Shown here in pieces: positions 10,906 to 24,370 of a stretch of 64,000 nucleotides of DNA. The stretch lies in the NCBI RefSeq assembly GCF_018350175.1, contig NC_058373.1, positions 106,332,001-106,396,000 on the forward strand. The letters are read 5' to 3'. Both the position numbers and the translations under genes were made by a program. The notes under the pieces were generated by a model, which was given only the letters and a program-made list of their open reading frames with translations, was not told the DNA's origin and searched no databases. The stretch is from Felis catus. Taxonomy: Eukaryota. Every line of letters starts with the position of its first letter. The first letter of the stretch is position 1.

Positions 10906-12974
10906 ATAAATTTTTGCATAGTGATTTTGCTAAACTTGTATTAATTCTAATTGTGTATTCTCTTGAATTTTCTATGCACATAATCATATTCTCTCTGAAC
11001 AAATATGGTGTTATTTCTTCCCTTCCAATCTTTATACTTTTAACTCTTTACTTTGACTTACTGCACTGTCTAGGACTTTCACATACAATGTTATGTAGAA
11101 GTGGTAAAGGTTATATATTCTTTGTTTTACTCTTGAATTTAGGGGAAAGTGTGCTCAGAATTTTACATTAAATATGATGTTTGCTGTGAATATTTTAGCT
11201 GTCTTTTATCAGATTAAGGCAAGTTCCTTCTATCCCTAGTTTTTTTTCAGTTTTTGTCTTGAACAGGTATTGAATCCTATCAACTGCTTCTACTGAAGTT
11301 ACTGAAATGATCAGAGATTTTTGTCCTTAATTCAGCTAATACATAAATAAAACAGATAGCATTTTGAATGTTAAACCAACCTTGCATTCCTAGGATATAC
11401 CCCATATGGCTCTGATGTGACATTCTTTTTACATATTGCTACTCAATTTGGATTCAATTTTCTAATGATTTGTGTAGACTTTTCTTATATATATTCATGA
11501 GCTCTATCCTCTACCTTTCTTTTCTTGTAATATCCTTCTTGAGTTTTTGTAATATCCTTCTTATGCTGGCCTCACAAAAGAAGCTGAAGAGTGTTACTCC
11601 CTCCCGTATTTTCTAAAAGAGTTTATGTAAGGTAGTATTATTTCTTTTTGGAATGTTTGGAAGAATTCACCAGTGAACCCATCTAGACCTGGAGGGGTTT
11701 TTTGTGAGATGCTTTTTAATTATAGATTTCCTCAGTAGATACTGGATTATTCTAATTTTTAACTTCTGCTTGTGTCAGTTTTAGTAATTTTTATTTTCCT
11801 CAAATCAATTCATTCATTTAAAATATATTGTCAAATTTATTGGTGTAAATTATTCATAACATCATAATGTTATGATTGTAATAATCTGAGAGGCTATAGC
11901 CATGTCTACTTTTTCATTTATGATATTGCTGTTTTATTTTTCTCTCATTTCTTGATCATCTTATTGGAGGTCGATCAATATTATGAATGAATTTCAAAGA
12001 ATAATTTTTTCTTTTTTTTTCTTTTGTATATCTTTGCATATGCTATTTCATTGTATTCCTATTTTTATAATTATTATTTCCTTCTTTTACTTTTGTTTTT
12101 CTTTTCTTACCTCCACAAAATAGAGGCTTAGATTATTGTCAGCCTTTCTTCTTTGCTAATATATTCATATTCACTTAAAAGTATAAAATTCCCTCTAAGT
12201 ACTGTTTTAGCTGCATCCTACAAGTTTTGAAACATTATATTCATCTTATTTGTCCAGTTCAAAATACTTTCTAACAGTCGTCTGTGACTTTTTTTCTTTG
12301 GTCCATTAATTATATAGAATTATAACTTTCGATGATTGTAACTATCCTATTGTTTATTTTCAGTTTAATTCATCTGTAGTCAGACAACAAACTCTGTACA
12401 ATTTTAATCCATTGAAAATTTCTTGAGACTTGCATTAGAACCTGGAATATGATCTATTTTGATACATGTGTCAAGTGGACATGAATGTATATTCTGAAAT
12501 GTTAAGAGTGTTCTATAAATGTCAGTTTGGTCATAGTGGTTAATAGCATTATTCAAATAATCTATCTTCCTACTAATTTTTTGGCTGTATGTCTGCCAGA
12601 TATTGAAGTAAGTATATCACAACATCTAACTTTCATGTTGATTGATCTATTTTCCTTTCAATTCTCTCTATATATATACATAACTTTACATAATAAATGC
12701 TATAAATAAATATATATAAATCTTTATATATATTGAACACTTATAAATTTAGAATTATCATGTCTTACTGTTGAGTTAACCTGTTTATCATATTATGAAA
12801 TGTTCCTCTTTATCTCTAGTAATACTCCTTGACTTCAAGTGTAGTTTGGCTGATATAGATATATACACAACAGCTTTCTTTTGGTTGGTGCTTGTATGAT
12901 ATGTCTTTTTCTGTCCTCCATTTTCAAACTATCTGTATCTTTTTATTTTCTTAAAGACAGTATATTCTTGGGCA

Positions 12975-13199
12975 TTTTTTATTTTTTAATGTTTATTTAT
13001 TTATTTGAGAGAGAAAGAGACAGACATTGAGCAGGGGAGGAGCAGAGAGAGGGGGGAAAAACAGAATCCCAAGCAGGCTCCAGGCTCTGAGCTGTTAGCA
13101 CAGAGCCCCATGTGGGGCTCGAACTCATGATCCACAAGATCATGACCTGAGGCAAAGTCAGACACTTAGCCTAGCCGACTGAGCCACCCACGCACCCCT
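12975..13199 (-). mobile_element. CAN-SINE
   Basis: aagcaggctccaggctctgagctg...gatcatgacctgagg...gactgagccaccc. Confidence 0.9.
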
Positions 13200-14552
13200 T
13201 GGGTCTTATTTTTAATTCAGGATAGTAATCTTTGTTTTTTTAAATTGAGTGTTAAGTCAATTTACATTTAATGTAATCATTGATATGGTTGGATTTAAGT
13301 CCATCAATCTGCTATTTATTTCTTATTTATCACGATCTTTTCCTTGCTCCTTTATTTCTCCTTTCTTGCCTTCTTTCAAAATAATCAAGCCTATTTTTTA
13401 TTAATCCATTTATTTGCTACAATAATTTTCTAGTTATACTTTTTAAATACTTTGATGATTAGCTTACAGTGATAATGTTCATCCTTAACTTACTGGAGTC
13501 TATCTTATATAGTACTTTTACTGTTTCCTATGCAATAAAATAATTTTACAAGTGTAAACTCCAATTACTGCCTGCCACTTTTAAGCTCGGGTTGTCATGT
13601 TATAAACACCAAACAATGTAATAATTTTTGTTGTTCTAAAAAAGTCAATAGTATTTTACATCTTCTAACATATATACCTTTTTCAATGTTCTTCATCTCA
13701 TCCTGCATTACTATATTTCCATCTGGGATCATTTTATTTCAGTCCAAAGAATTTTCTTTAGTATCTTTCAGTTCTGGTCATGGCAACCGATTCTCTCAGT
13801 TTTGTTTTTCTTACCTTATTTCACTTTCATTTTTGAATGTTAGTTTCACTGGTTAAAGAGCTCTAATTTGGCAGGTTTTTTTTTTTCTTTCAACAATTTA
13901 AAGACTTAATCCTATTGACCATTGATCACTCCTAGTTTTAGTTGAAAAGTCAGCAGTTGATCTCCTTGTTTCTTTGAAAATAATGTTTCTCATTTTTATG
14001 GCTGTTCTTAAGATTTGTATCTTTAGCTTTGGTTTTATGCAGTTTGATTATGATAAGTTCATATTTCCTATGGTGTCTACTGAACTTCTTAAATCTGTAT
14101 ACTGATTGGTGCCTTTTACCAATTTTGAAAAAAAAATGTCAGCCATATTTCTTTAAGTATCCCTTCTGCCTCATTTTCTCTCTTCTTTCCTACAAATCCT
14201 ATCATTCATAGGTTAGCCCTTCTGACAAGTTTCTTATACTCTCTTCTTTTCATATTTTTATTCAGTTTTTTCACCATTTTGGATTTTTCCTATTGAGCTA
14301 TCTCTGAGTTCACTAATTTTATCTTCTTCTGTGTCCAAAGAGCTATTAAATGTATCTAAGTTTTAACTTCAGAAATTTTATTTTTCAGTTCTCGAGAGTT
14401 CACTTGAATTTATTTTTATAAATACCCTTTCTCTGTTGAAATTCTCCATCTTTTTATCCATTTTCTTTCACATATTTATAATAGTTGTTTAAAAGATTTT
14501 ATTTAATGTCAGTATCCAGATCATCTATGGGTCAGCTTCTATTGTCTTCTGT

Positions 14553-14880
14553 CTTTTTAAATTCCAGCATAGCTAATACATATTGTTATATTCATTTCAG
14601 GTGTACAATATAGTGATGCAACAATTCTATACAGTACTCAGTGCTCATCATGCTAAATGTACTCTTAATCTCCTATACCTATATCAGCCATCCCCTTACC
14701 CACCTTCCCTCTGGTAACCATCAGTTTATTCTCTATAGTTAAGAGTCTGTTTTTTGGTTTATCTCTTTTTTTCTTTGTTCATTTGTTTGTTTCTTAAATT
14801 CCCCATATGCATGAAGTCACATGGTATTTGTCTTTCTCTGACTTATTTCATGTAGCATTATACTCTTTAGATCCATTCCC
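14553..14880 (-). mobile_element. Carnivore L1 3' end (5'-truncated)
   Basis: Antisense L1_Carn-like 3' UTR (tcaggtgtacaatatagtgat...ctctggtaaccatcagtt); short duplication attgtct at both ends. Confidence 0.8.
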
Positions 14881-15074
14881 ATTGTCTCTTTTTTATGTTT
14901 CTCAGTCACATGTTCTTGCCTCTTTTACATGTCTAGTAATTTTTTATAGCATAATAGGTACTGTGTATTCAAGAACTATAAAGACAGGCAATTGATGCTA
15001 TTTTCCCACAGAAAGGGCTCACCCCTTTGTCTGTTTAGCAGCTATGGTGAGGGGCTGATCACATCACTTCGATT

Positions 15075-17525
15075 TTATGACAGACCATAAAACAAGACTC
15101 AATACATTTTAAAAGAATAGAAATCATACAAAATGTGTTCTTCAACCACTTAGAATAAAATTAACAATCAATAAGGAAATTTGTAAATTCACAAGTCTGT
15201 GAAATTTAATCAATACACTTGTAAATAAGCAATGGGTCAAAGAATAAATCACAAGGGAAATTTAAAAATGTTTCAAAATACATGAAAATGAAACAATCAG
15301 AGGGTACAGCCAAAGTAATACTTAGAGGGACATGTATAGCTGTAAACACTCAGGACAGAAAAAAAAGAAATCAATAACCTAAACTCCTGCTTTAAGAGAA
15401 CAGAAAAGAAGCACAACTTAAACCCAAAGCAAGCAGATGGAAGAAGTAATAGAAATGAGAGTGGAAATTAATGAAATAGAAAAATTAAAGAAAATCAATG
15501 AAGCCAAAAGTTGGTTCTTTAAAAGGATCAACAAAGTTGACAAACCTTTAGCTAGAATGACTGAGAAAAAACAAAGACTCAAATTACTATAACCAGCAAT
15601 GAAAGAGGGGACACTGCTGCCAACCTTATAGAATTAAAAAGATTCTAGGGAAATATTATGAATAACTACAAACAAACATATTAGGTAACCTGGATGAAAA
15701 TGAACAGATCTTTAGAAAAACATAAACTACCAAAACTGACTCAAGAAGAGATAGAAAATATGAATAGATTGAGATGAAAAGACATTAAATTAGTAGTATT
15801 AAAGCTTCCCATGAAGAAACGCCCAGGCCCAGATGGTTTCACTGGTGAGGATCTACCAAACATTTAAAGAATACTTAACACCAATCCTTCACAACTCTTC
15901 CAAAAAGAAGAGGAATTGAGAAAACTTTCCATCACACTCTATGACGTCACTATCACCCTGATACCAAAACCCAACAAGGGTATTGTAAGAAAAGAGAATT
16001 ACAGATCAATATTCCTTATGAATACAGATGCAAAATTCCTCAATAAAATACTGCCAAACTGAAACCAGCAATATATAGAAAGGATACATCACAACTCAGT
16101 GAAATTTAAGCCAGTGTAATACACCAACCAATGTAATACATCATATTAATAGGATAAAGAACAAGACCCACGTGATCATCTCAATGCAGAAAAAACATTT
16201 GAGAAATTGATCACCTTTCATGATAAAAAACACCCAAGAAACTAGGAAAAGAAGGAAACTTCCTTAATCTGCTAAAAAGGAATCTCGAAAAAACTCATAG
16301 CTAACATGAAACTTAATGGCAAAAGACTGGAAGCTTTCTCCCTAAGATCTGGAACAAGACAAGGAAGTTTGCTCTGACAATTTCTATTCAGTATTGCACT
16401 GGAGATTCCAGAATATAACAAGGAAAAGAAAGAAAACTCATCCAGATTGGAAATGAAGTAAAACTATCTCCACAAGGAGAGCCCGGGTGGCTCAGTCGGT
16501 TAAGCATCTGATTTCAGCTCAGGTCATGATCTCTCAGTTCATGGGTTCAAGCTCTGCATTGGGCTCTGTGCTGGCAGCTTGGAGCCTGCTTTGGACTCTC
16601 TGTCTCCCTCCCTTTCTCTGCCCCTCCCCTGCTTGGACTTTCTCTCTTTAAAAAATAAATATTTAAAAAGAAACTGCATTTCTACACACTAGCAGTGAGC
16701 AACAAAGGTTAAGAAAACAGTTACATTTACAACAGCGTAAAAAATACTTAGGAATAATTTGAACAGAAGAAGTGTAAAGTTTATACTTGAAAACTATAAA
16801 ACATTGTTGAATGAAATTAAAGAAGACTTAATTAAATGGAGAGACATTTTTGTTCATAGATCAAAAGGCTTAATATTGTTAAGATGGCAATATTCCCCAA
16901 ATTAATCTACAGATTTAATATAAACTGTCAAAATCCAAGCTAAGTTTTTTTTTCTTTCAGAAATCAACAAACTGATCCTAAAATTCATATGGAAATGCAA
17001 GGAACCCATAACATACAACACAATCTTGAAATAGAACAGAGTTGTGGGTCTCACACATCCTGATTTCAAAACCTACTACAAAGCTACACTGATTATGACA
17101 TTGTGGTACTGGCATAAGGCTAGACATGTAGGTCAATGAAATAAAATTGAAAGTCCAGAAATAAACCCTTATATATATAGTCAATTGATTAAGTGTGCCA
17201 AGACCATTCAATGGGGATAAGAACAATATTTTCAACAATAGCGCTGGGACAACTTGCTATACAAAAGAACAAAGCTGGACCCCTAACTTACATCATATAC
17301 AAAAATGAACTCACAATAGATTCAAGACTTAATGTTAAGAGATAAAACTAGAAATCTCTTAGAAGAAAACAGGCATAAATTGTCACAACCTTGGATTGGG
17401 CAGAGGTTTTTAATGCCCAAGGAACAAAAGAAAACATAAATTCAAATTTTGAACAAGTTTTTTTGACTTAGAAAAAAACCACTTTTGTGCATCAAAGGAT
17501 ACTGTCAAGAGAGTGAAAAAAACAG
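15075..17525 (+). mobile_element. L1 ORF2 remnant (L1MA/MB-like), degraded
   Basis: Sense ORF2 motifs (gcccaggcccagatggtttcactggtga, ccctgataccaaaacc, aatattgttaagatggcaat) with many stops. Confidence 0.85.
16476..16668 (+). mobile_element. CAN-SINE
   Basis: gggtggctcagtcggttaagcatctgatttcagctcaggtcatgatc head, (CT) tract, A tail. Confidence 0.9.
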
Positions 17526-17579
17526 TATTACCTCATACCTGTTAGAATAGTTAAAATTAAAAAAAAAAAAAACAAGAAA

Positions 17580-17675
17580 CAGTGATGCTTGGCTGGCTTG
17601 GTCAGAAGAGCATGTGACTCGAGCCCCACATTCAGTGTAGAGATTACTTTAAAATAAATAAATAAAACTTTAAAA
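17580..17675 (+). mobile_element. Short old CAN-SINE
   Basis: tggctggcttggtcagaagagcatgtgactc...gtagagattactttaaaa; flanked by aagaaaca repeats. Confidence 0.7.
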
Positions 17676-18299
17676 AAACACACACACAAGAAACAACAAG
17701 TGTTGGCAAGGATGTGGAGAAAAAGGAACCCTTATGCACTATTGGTGGAAATGCAAACTAGTGCAGCCACTGTGGAAAACAGTACGGATGGTCCTCTAAA
17801 AATAGAATTACCATATGATCCAGTAATTCCACTACTGGGTATTTACCCAAAGAATACGAAAACATTCATTCAAAAAGATATATGTGCTCCTATGTTTATT
17901 GTAGCATTATTTATAAGGCCAAGATATGGAAGCAGCCCAAGTATGCACTGATAGATGAATGGATGGAGATGCGGTGTATACATATACAATGGAATATTAT
18001 TCAGTCATAAAAAAGAATGAAATCTTGTCATTTGCAACAACAGGGATGGATCTAGAGAATATAATGCTCAGTGAAATAAGTTAATCAGAGAAAGACAAAT
18101 ACCACATGATTTCATTTATATATGTAATTTAAGAAACAAAACTAACAAGCAAAGAAAAAAAAAGAGACAAATCAAAAAAAGGACTCTTAACTACAGAGAA
18201 CAAACTGATAGTGACTGGAAGGGAGGTAGCAGGATGGGTGAAATAGGTGATGGGCACACTTAAAATAGATGAAGAGTACACTTAAAAATGAACTATTGG

Positions 18300-18524
18300 G
18301 GGGCGCCTGGGTGGCGCAGTCGGTTAAGCGTCCGACTTCAGCCAGGTCACGATCTCACGGTCCGGGAGTTCGAGCCCCGCGTCGGGCTCTGGGCTGATGG
18401 CTCAGAGCCTGGAGCCTGTTTCCAATTCTGTGTCTCCCTCTCTCTCTGCCCCTCCCCCGTTCATGCTCTGTCTCTCTCTGTCCCAAAAATAAATAAACGT
18501 TGAAAAAAAAAAAAAAAAAAAAAA
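18300..18524 (+). mobile_element. Young felid SINE (SINEC_Fc type)
   Basis: ggggcgcctgggtggcgcagtcggttaagcgtccgacttcagccagg..., CpGs intact, long A tail, TSD gaactattgg(g). Confidence 0.95.
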
Positions 18525-20219
18525 GAACTATTGGGACCTCACCAAGATAAAAACCTTCTCCACAGTGAAGGAAACAATCAACAAAACTAAAAGGCAGCCA
18601 ACAGAATGGGAGAAAATACCTGCAAATGACATATTGGATAAAGAGTTAGTATCCAAAATCTATAAAGAATTTGTCAAACTCAACACGCAAAACCAAATAA
18701 TCCAGTGGGCAGAAGACCACTGGGCAGAAATGGGCAGAAGACGTGAATAGACACTTTTGCAAAGAAGACATCCAGATGGCTAACAGACACATGAAAAGAT
18801 ACTCAACATCACTCCTCATCAGGGAAATACAAATCAAAACCACAATGAGATACCACCTCACACTTATCAGAATGGCTAACATTAACAACTCAGGAAAAAA
18901 ACAGATGTTGGCAAGGATGTGGAGAAAGGGGAACACTTTTGCACTGTTGGAGAAAGAAGAATATTTTGCACTGTTGGTGGGAATGCAAATTGGTGCAGCT
19001 ACTCTGAAAAAAGGTATTGAGATTCCTCAAAAACTTAATAATAGAATTACCCTATGATCCAGCAATGGCACTACTAGGTATCTATTCAAAGGATACCAAA
19101 ATGCTGATTCGAAGGGGCACATGCAACCATATATACACAATGGAATATTACTTGGCCACCAAAAGGAATGAAATCTTGCCATTTGCAACAACATGGATGG
19201 AACTAGAGTGTATTACGCTAAGCAAAATAGTAAGAGAAAGACAAATATCATATGATTTCACTCATACATGGAATTTAAGAAACACAACAGATGAACATAG
19301 GGGAAGGGAAGGAAAAATAAGATGAAAACAGAGAGGGAGGCAAACCATAAGAGAATCTTAAATACAGAGAATGAGCTGAGGGTTGCTGGAGGGGAGGCTG
19401 ATGGGGGGTGGGCTAAATGGGTGATGGGCATTAAAGAGAGCACTTGTGATGAGCACTGGGTGTTATATGCAAGTCATGAATCACTGGGTTCTACTCGTGA
19501 AACCAATACTACACTGTATGTTAACTTGAATTTAAACTTTAAAAAAAGAGTGTATTTGTCATGATGAATATTGAGTAATGTATAGAATTGTTTAATCACT
19601 GTATTGTACACTTGAAGTTAATACAATACTGTACGTTAACTATACTAGAATTAAAAAAAGAGATTATATATGCTTTAAAAAAAAGATTCCTCCTCCAGAT
19701 GGCTACGATGCTGCATCTCGGCATGAGGCCTGGTGAACAGAGTGTGAGCTGGAATCAAGCCTCATTTGCCATGTTGGCCAGGCATTCTTACAAAGGGCAC
19801 AACCTGGCAACTTTGCATGGCAGCTTGGATTGCTACTCGGCCCACCCTCCAAGCCAGCCTTGTTCTGTCTCAGCCTCTACTGACAACACAACTCTGGCTC
19901 CAGCCAAAATCGCTGTCTGGAGTTCCTTGACAACCTGAGTTTATTGCTGTCCCTTTCCTGGTCCTCTCTTCCCATCACATGTCTTAGAATTTCTATTGTT
20001 GGACATAACTTGAATTGGTTTCTCCAGTCTACACATTTCCACCAGACCTGGGGCATGACTGTATTTGCAGATTTTTTTTCTTTACTAGGGATTTGGTTGT
20101 TCAGATTTGCTTTTCGTACATCCCTGCCCTCTAACTATGGGTGGCTCCAGATTTTATTTTTCTTTTCTTGCTACCTGTTGGTCAGTGGCTAACTGTATAT
20201 ATAATAATGTTACCATGCA

Positions 20220-20862
20220 TGGGAATGCAAGCTCGTGCAGCCACTCTAGAAAGCAGTATGGAGGTTCCTCAAGAAACTAAAAACAGAACTACCCTACGAC
20301 CCAGCAATTGTACTACTAGGCATTTATCCAAGGGATACAGGTGTGCTGTTTTGAAGGGACACATGCACCCCCATGTTTATAGCAGCACTATCAACAATAG
20401 CCAAAGTATGGAAAAAGCCCAAATGTCCATCGATGGATGAATGGATAAAGAAGATGTGGTGTATATATACATACAATGGAGTATTACTTGGCAATCAAAA
20501 AGAATGAAATCTTGCCATTTGCAACTACGTGGATGGAACTGGAGGGTATTATGCTAAGTGAAATTAGTCAGTCATAGAAAGACAAAAATCATATGACTTC
20601 ACTCCTATGAGGACTTTAAGAGACAAAACAGATGAACATAAGGGAAGGGAAACAAACATAATATAAAAACAGGGAGGGAGACAAAACAGAAGAGATTCAT
20701 AAATATGGAGAACAAACTGAGGGTTACTGGAGGGGTTGTGGCAGGAGGGGATGGGCTAAATGGGGAAGGGGCACTAAGGAATCTACTCCTGAAACCACTG
20801 TTGCGCTACATGCTAACTAATTTGGATGCAAATTAAAAAAAATAATAAAACAAGTTAAAAAA
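20220..20862 (+). mobile_element. 5'-truncated felid L1 3' end
   Basis: gaactaccctacgacccagcaattg...3' UTR and A tail; 17-bp TSD aataatgttaYcatgca (20203-20219 / 20863-20879). Confidence 0.9.
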
Positions 20863-20884
20863 AATAATGTTATCATGCACACAC

Positions 20885-21288
20885 ACACAAAATAGCTTTT
20901 CCAGAATGCCTTGCACATAGCAGTGGCAATAAGGCCAGGTTTTAGCCAATAAGATATAAAGGAAAAATCTGCTGGAGGGCTTCTGGGAAAGATTGTTTTC
21001 CTCATTAAAAAGTAGGGAGAACTCTTTTCTCACTCTGGCTTCCCCCAGCTTTCTTTGAGGATGTGATGTTTGGAACTGCTGCAGCGATCTTGTGATCATG
21101 AGGAGAAGGCCATAATAACTGTCAAGAGTATAGTGCCCTAATATTGTGGATGTGTTGTGCCATCAGTGTCTCTGGAATCTCCTACTTCTAAGCTTCTTAG
21201 TAAGTGCACACCCAGTGTCCTTATGGTTCACGCTGATACTAATTCGTATTTTTCTGTCACTTGCAGCCAGAAGCATTCCTACTGACAA
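20885..21288 (+). mobile_element. MaLR solo LTR (MLT1J/K-like)
   Basis: ttttagccaataagatataaagg...gctgcagcgatcttgtgatcatgagg...cacttgcagccagaagcattcctactgaca. Confidence 0.65.
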
Positions 21289-22822
21289 ATCACTGACTGA
21301 GGTTCTATAAAAGGGTTACTTAACAGTGTTGTGGGGTTTTTTTTCTTTACCTATAGATTTTAGTATATGGACTCCTTGTTTCAGTGAGGAGGAACAAAAC
21401 CTTCTCCATTTTCTGCACTTTCTCCAGTCTCTCCATTTTCTTCACTTTCCTCTCACCATGAATGAGTTAGCATTTTCAACTATGCTCTTTGAAGATCATC
21501 ATGGACCAGTTTGACAGAAAGCTACAGCAAACAGAATAACTAAATAAATGGGTTGCTATTGCAAAAAATTTGCCTTGTACATCAATGTAAAATAAGTATT
21601 TTCAATTAACCATATGTCATAGAGGGAGATTCTGATGATTTTGCAAGAGTACCTTATTAGTATAAAGTCACCACACACAAAAAGTTTCCCTCTGCTGAAC
21701 ATGCATTAATGAACAAAGACCAGAAACTAGATTAAAAAAAGATCTAATTAAACATTTACAGCACAGCAGTAAGTTTTTGCAAACAGTTACAGTTTTTCAA
21801 ACCACCCCTAACATATCTAGAAGGGAATTTTTAAAAATACTAGCCTAGGAAGCTGCTGGGGCAGCACTGAAAGTTTTTCTCAGCAAGAGGTAACCTGGAT
21901 CCACAAAACTGGAGTCTCACTGCTTAAGCTTTGGAATTTCAGAGGAGGGCTCTGTGTTAGGGAAAAAATAGACAAAGCACAAGAATAATTGATTATTGTG
22001 GGGGAATAGGTACTAGAAAAAACCCACTGCAAAGTTCTGTAGCACACAGCCATAGGAGCTCAAAGGAATAAAACCACACAGACTGAAACAATATGCTTCC
22101 TAAAATGTGAACATCTCTTCTCCCTTAACTAACCTAACAATCATGTAACCTCTCTTTTTTCTTCAACATGTTGGGTGGTATCTGTGTTATAGTAAGTCTA
22201 GAAGTTTTAGGGACCAAAGAGGTATTCGTTCTTTCAGAATAGCCACGGCAGGTCCCAGGCAAAAAACTCATGTGAGGTGAATTTTAAAAGATGCTTATAA
22301 TAGTGACTCTGTTGTTGTTGTTGACCTTTGCAGGAATGCTCCTGAAGTTGGTTAACTGAAGAGGTAAACAGATCTCCTTCTCAAAGGTCTACTCATCTCA
22401 GAAATACACTTGGAGACACTTCATTCAGCTTCAGTGTTCTTAGCAAAGACTTACTTTTGTGGTATAAAATATAGAGCCGTGCTCCAATTATATTCTTATT
22501 TTTCCTTTAACCTAACTGATGATGGTTTTTAAGAGCCTTGAAGGTTAGAGATACTGACTTAAAAGTAATTCAGCAAAACTGACATCTGATGTAAAACCTG
22601 AAGTTAAAAGAGATCGGACATGTGTTGACCAATCTCCTTCAACCACATGTTTTAGCAGCTCCCTGGGAGGACAGTGGTCTTTCAGCCCATTCATGTGCTT
22701 GAGGATGAAAAATATGTGCTGGTATAGGCTGAATAAGTGCGTGTATACTAAGTCATTATGCTCAAACAAAGTAAATGACATCCAATTATCATAAATAATG
22801 TCTAGTGTATTTTTGCAATCTA

Positions 22823-23026
22823 TTTTTTAAGTTATTTATTTTTGAGAGAGAGAGAGAGAGAGAGAAATCACGAGTAGGAGAGGGACAGACAGAGAGGGAA
22901 AGAGAGAGAATCCCAATCAGGCTCCACACTGTCAGCACAGAGCCTGATGCGGGGCTCAAACCCACGAACTGTGAGATCATGACCTGAGCCGAAGTTGGAC
23001 ACTTAACTGAGCCACCCAGGTGCCCC
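22823..23026 (-). mobile_element. CAN-SINE
   Basis: Antisense SINEC body ending actgagccacccaggtgcccc. Confidence 0.9.
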
Positions 23027-23357
23027 TATTTGCAAGGTATTTTGAGCCATGTTAAAAGGTGTTGACTGTAATCAAGTAGTTTCCCTGGAATACTCCTAAA
23101 TATCAATATGGTTATTAACCAAGTCTTCCTAAGTGATTGTCATTAAAATACAGGCCAGTTGGGCAAGTTATGCTTGCACAATATTCTTTATGCGGACTTT
23201 TCTGCCTAAGCCACCACAGAACCAGCAGCAGTGCTGGCACAGTGAATGCACATCCCTCCTCCTACCACGCCTGCAGCACTACATACTGACTCAGCCTGGG
23301 GTTGATATGCGTGGAAGTGTACATGGGGTGGAGAGAAGGCTGCTATTTAAGTTTTTA

Positions 23358-23581
23358 TTTTTTTTTTAATTTTTAGTTTTTTAAATGTAAATTTATATTT
23401 AAGAGAGAGACAGTGCATGAGCAGGGGAGGGGCAGAGAGGGAGGGGGACAGAATCTGAAGCAGGCTCCAGGCTCTGAGCTGTCAGCACCGAGCTCGACGT
23501 GGGGCTCGAACTCACAAGCTGGTGAGATCACGACCTGAGCTGAAGTCGGAAGCCTAACCAACTGGGCAACCCAGGCGCTCC
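23358..23581 (-). mobile_element. CAN-SINE
   Basis: Antisense SINEC; TSD tgYtatttaagttttta (23341-23357 / 23582-23598). Confidence 0.9.
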
Positions 23582-23912
23582 TGTTATTTAAGTTTTTAAA
23601 GCGATGTTTGTCCTGCAAAGACACATGTCAAAGAGTCAAATTTTTGAAAAGAAAAGGAGACAATGCCCAACGTCAAAGTTGCCCCTCTTTGGACATCCTT
23701 CTTTATATAGTATACAGATTTGTGGAGGATTCTTATTTCCTATTTTTAACCATTGTTAAAGACAAACCATCAGGAGTTTGTGGGAAAAAAAGTCCTTCTT
23801 TTTCCTCCTTTTGCAACTGTCAGATAACACAGAATCAAGATTATACATAACTCATACATAAATCAAAGAGCAGAGAAACATTCCACTCCCAGAAGAATAA
23901 GAGTCATACAAT

Positions 23913-24114
23913 GGGGCGCCTGGGTGGCTCAGTCAGTTAAGCGGCCGACTTCAGCTCAGGTCATGATCTCACATCCATAAGTCCGAGCCCCGCATCGGGC
24001 TCTGTGCTGACAGCTCAGAGCCTGGAGCCTGTTTCAGATTCTGTGTCTCCCTCTCTCTGACCCTCTCCCATTCATGCTCTCTCTCTGTCTCAAAAATAAA
24101 CGTTAAAAAAAAAA
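23913..24114 (+). mobile_element. CAN-SINE (felid, fairly young)
   Basis: ggggcgcctgggtggctcagtcagttaagcggccgacttcagctcagg...aaataaacgttaaaaaa. Confidence 0.92.
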
Positions 24115-24139
24115 AGAGTAATACCAATAATAGCACACA

Positions 24140-24370
24140 TTCATTAACATATATACCAAGTGACAAACACTGGGCTAAATGTTTTACACGAGTGCTCTCA
24201 TTTAATACAACAAACTTATAAGGAAGGGCTGCTAATACTTCCATTTATGGGGATGGAAGGTGCAGAGGGGAGAGGAATCTGAGGCTCAGATTAGGTTAGG
24301 TAACTTGATCCCACCCCCAAAGTCCCTTAGAGGCAGAATCAGGTTCAGACCTAGGTTTCTCCTGCTTCAG
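24140..24370 (-). mobile_element. MIR fragment
   Basis: ctcatttaatacaacaaac...ctgaggctcaga...ggtaacttg. Confidence 0.6.

Larger units (their letters stand above)
10910..15065 (-). mobile_element. Old L1 (ORF1/ORF2 remnant), interrupted by a SINE and by an L1 3' end
   Basis: T-rich antisense L1 ORF2 motifs (aagttccttctatccctagttt, ttaaaccaaccttgcattcc, gaattcaccagtgaacccatct). Confidence 0.8.
17525..19660 (+). mobile_element. Carnivore L1 3' segment, interrupted at about 18283-19545 by a second, younger L1 3' segment
   Basis: ORF2 C-terminal remnants ([39 protein letters not shown]). The host 3' UTR stops near 18280 (aagagtacactt) and resumes near 19547 (aagagtgtattt...gagtaatgtatagaattg). 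Confidence 0.8.

Noticed and set aside
11525..11562. 16-bp direct repeat ttgtaatatccttctt with a 6-bp spacer
   Set aside because: Small local duplication inside a decayed L1; no poly(A) or recognisable insert
18288..18503. Recurrent ORF 'WGAPGWRSRLSVRLQPGHDL...' (also at 34226 and 46464, and its antisense at 43342)
   Set aside because: Translation of SINEC_Fc sequence, not a gene family
17700..19325. L1 ORF2-like peptides suggesting an active LINE
   Set aside because: Fragmented by frameshifts, stops and 5' truncation; no intact L1 in the window
23913..23990. tRNA-like A/B boxes in SINE heads
   Set aside because: These are tRNA-derived CAN-SINE heads, not tRNA genes
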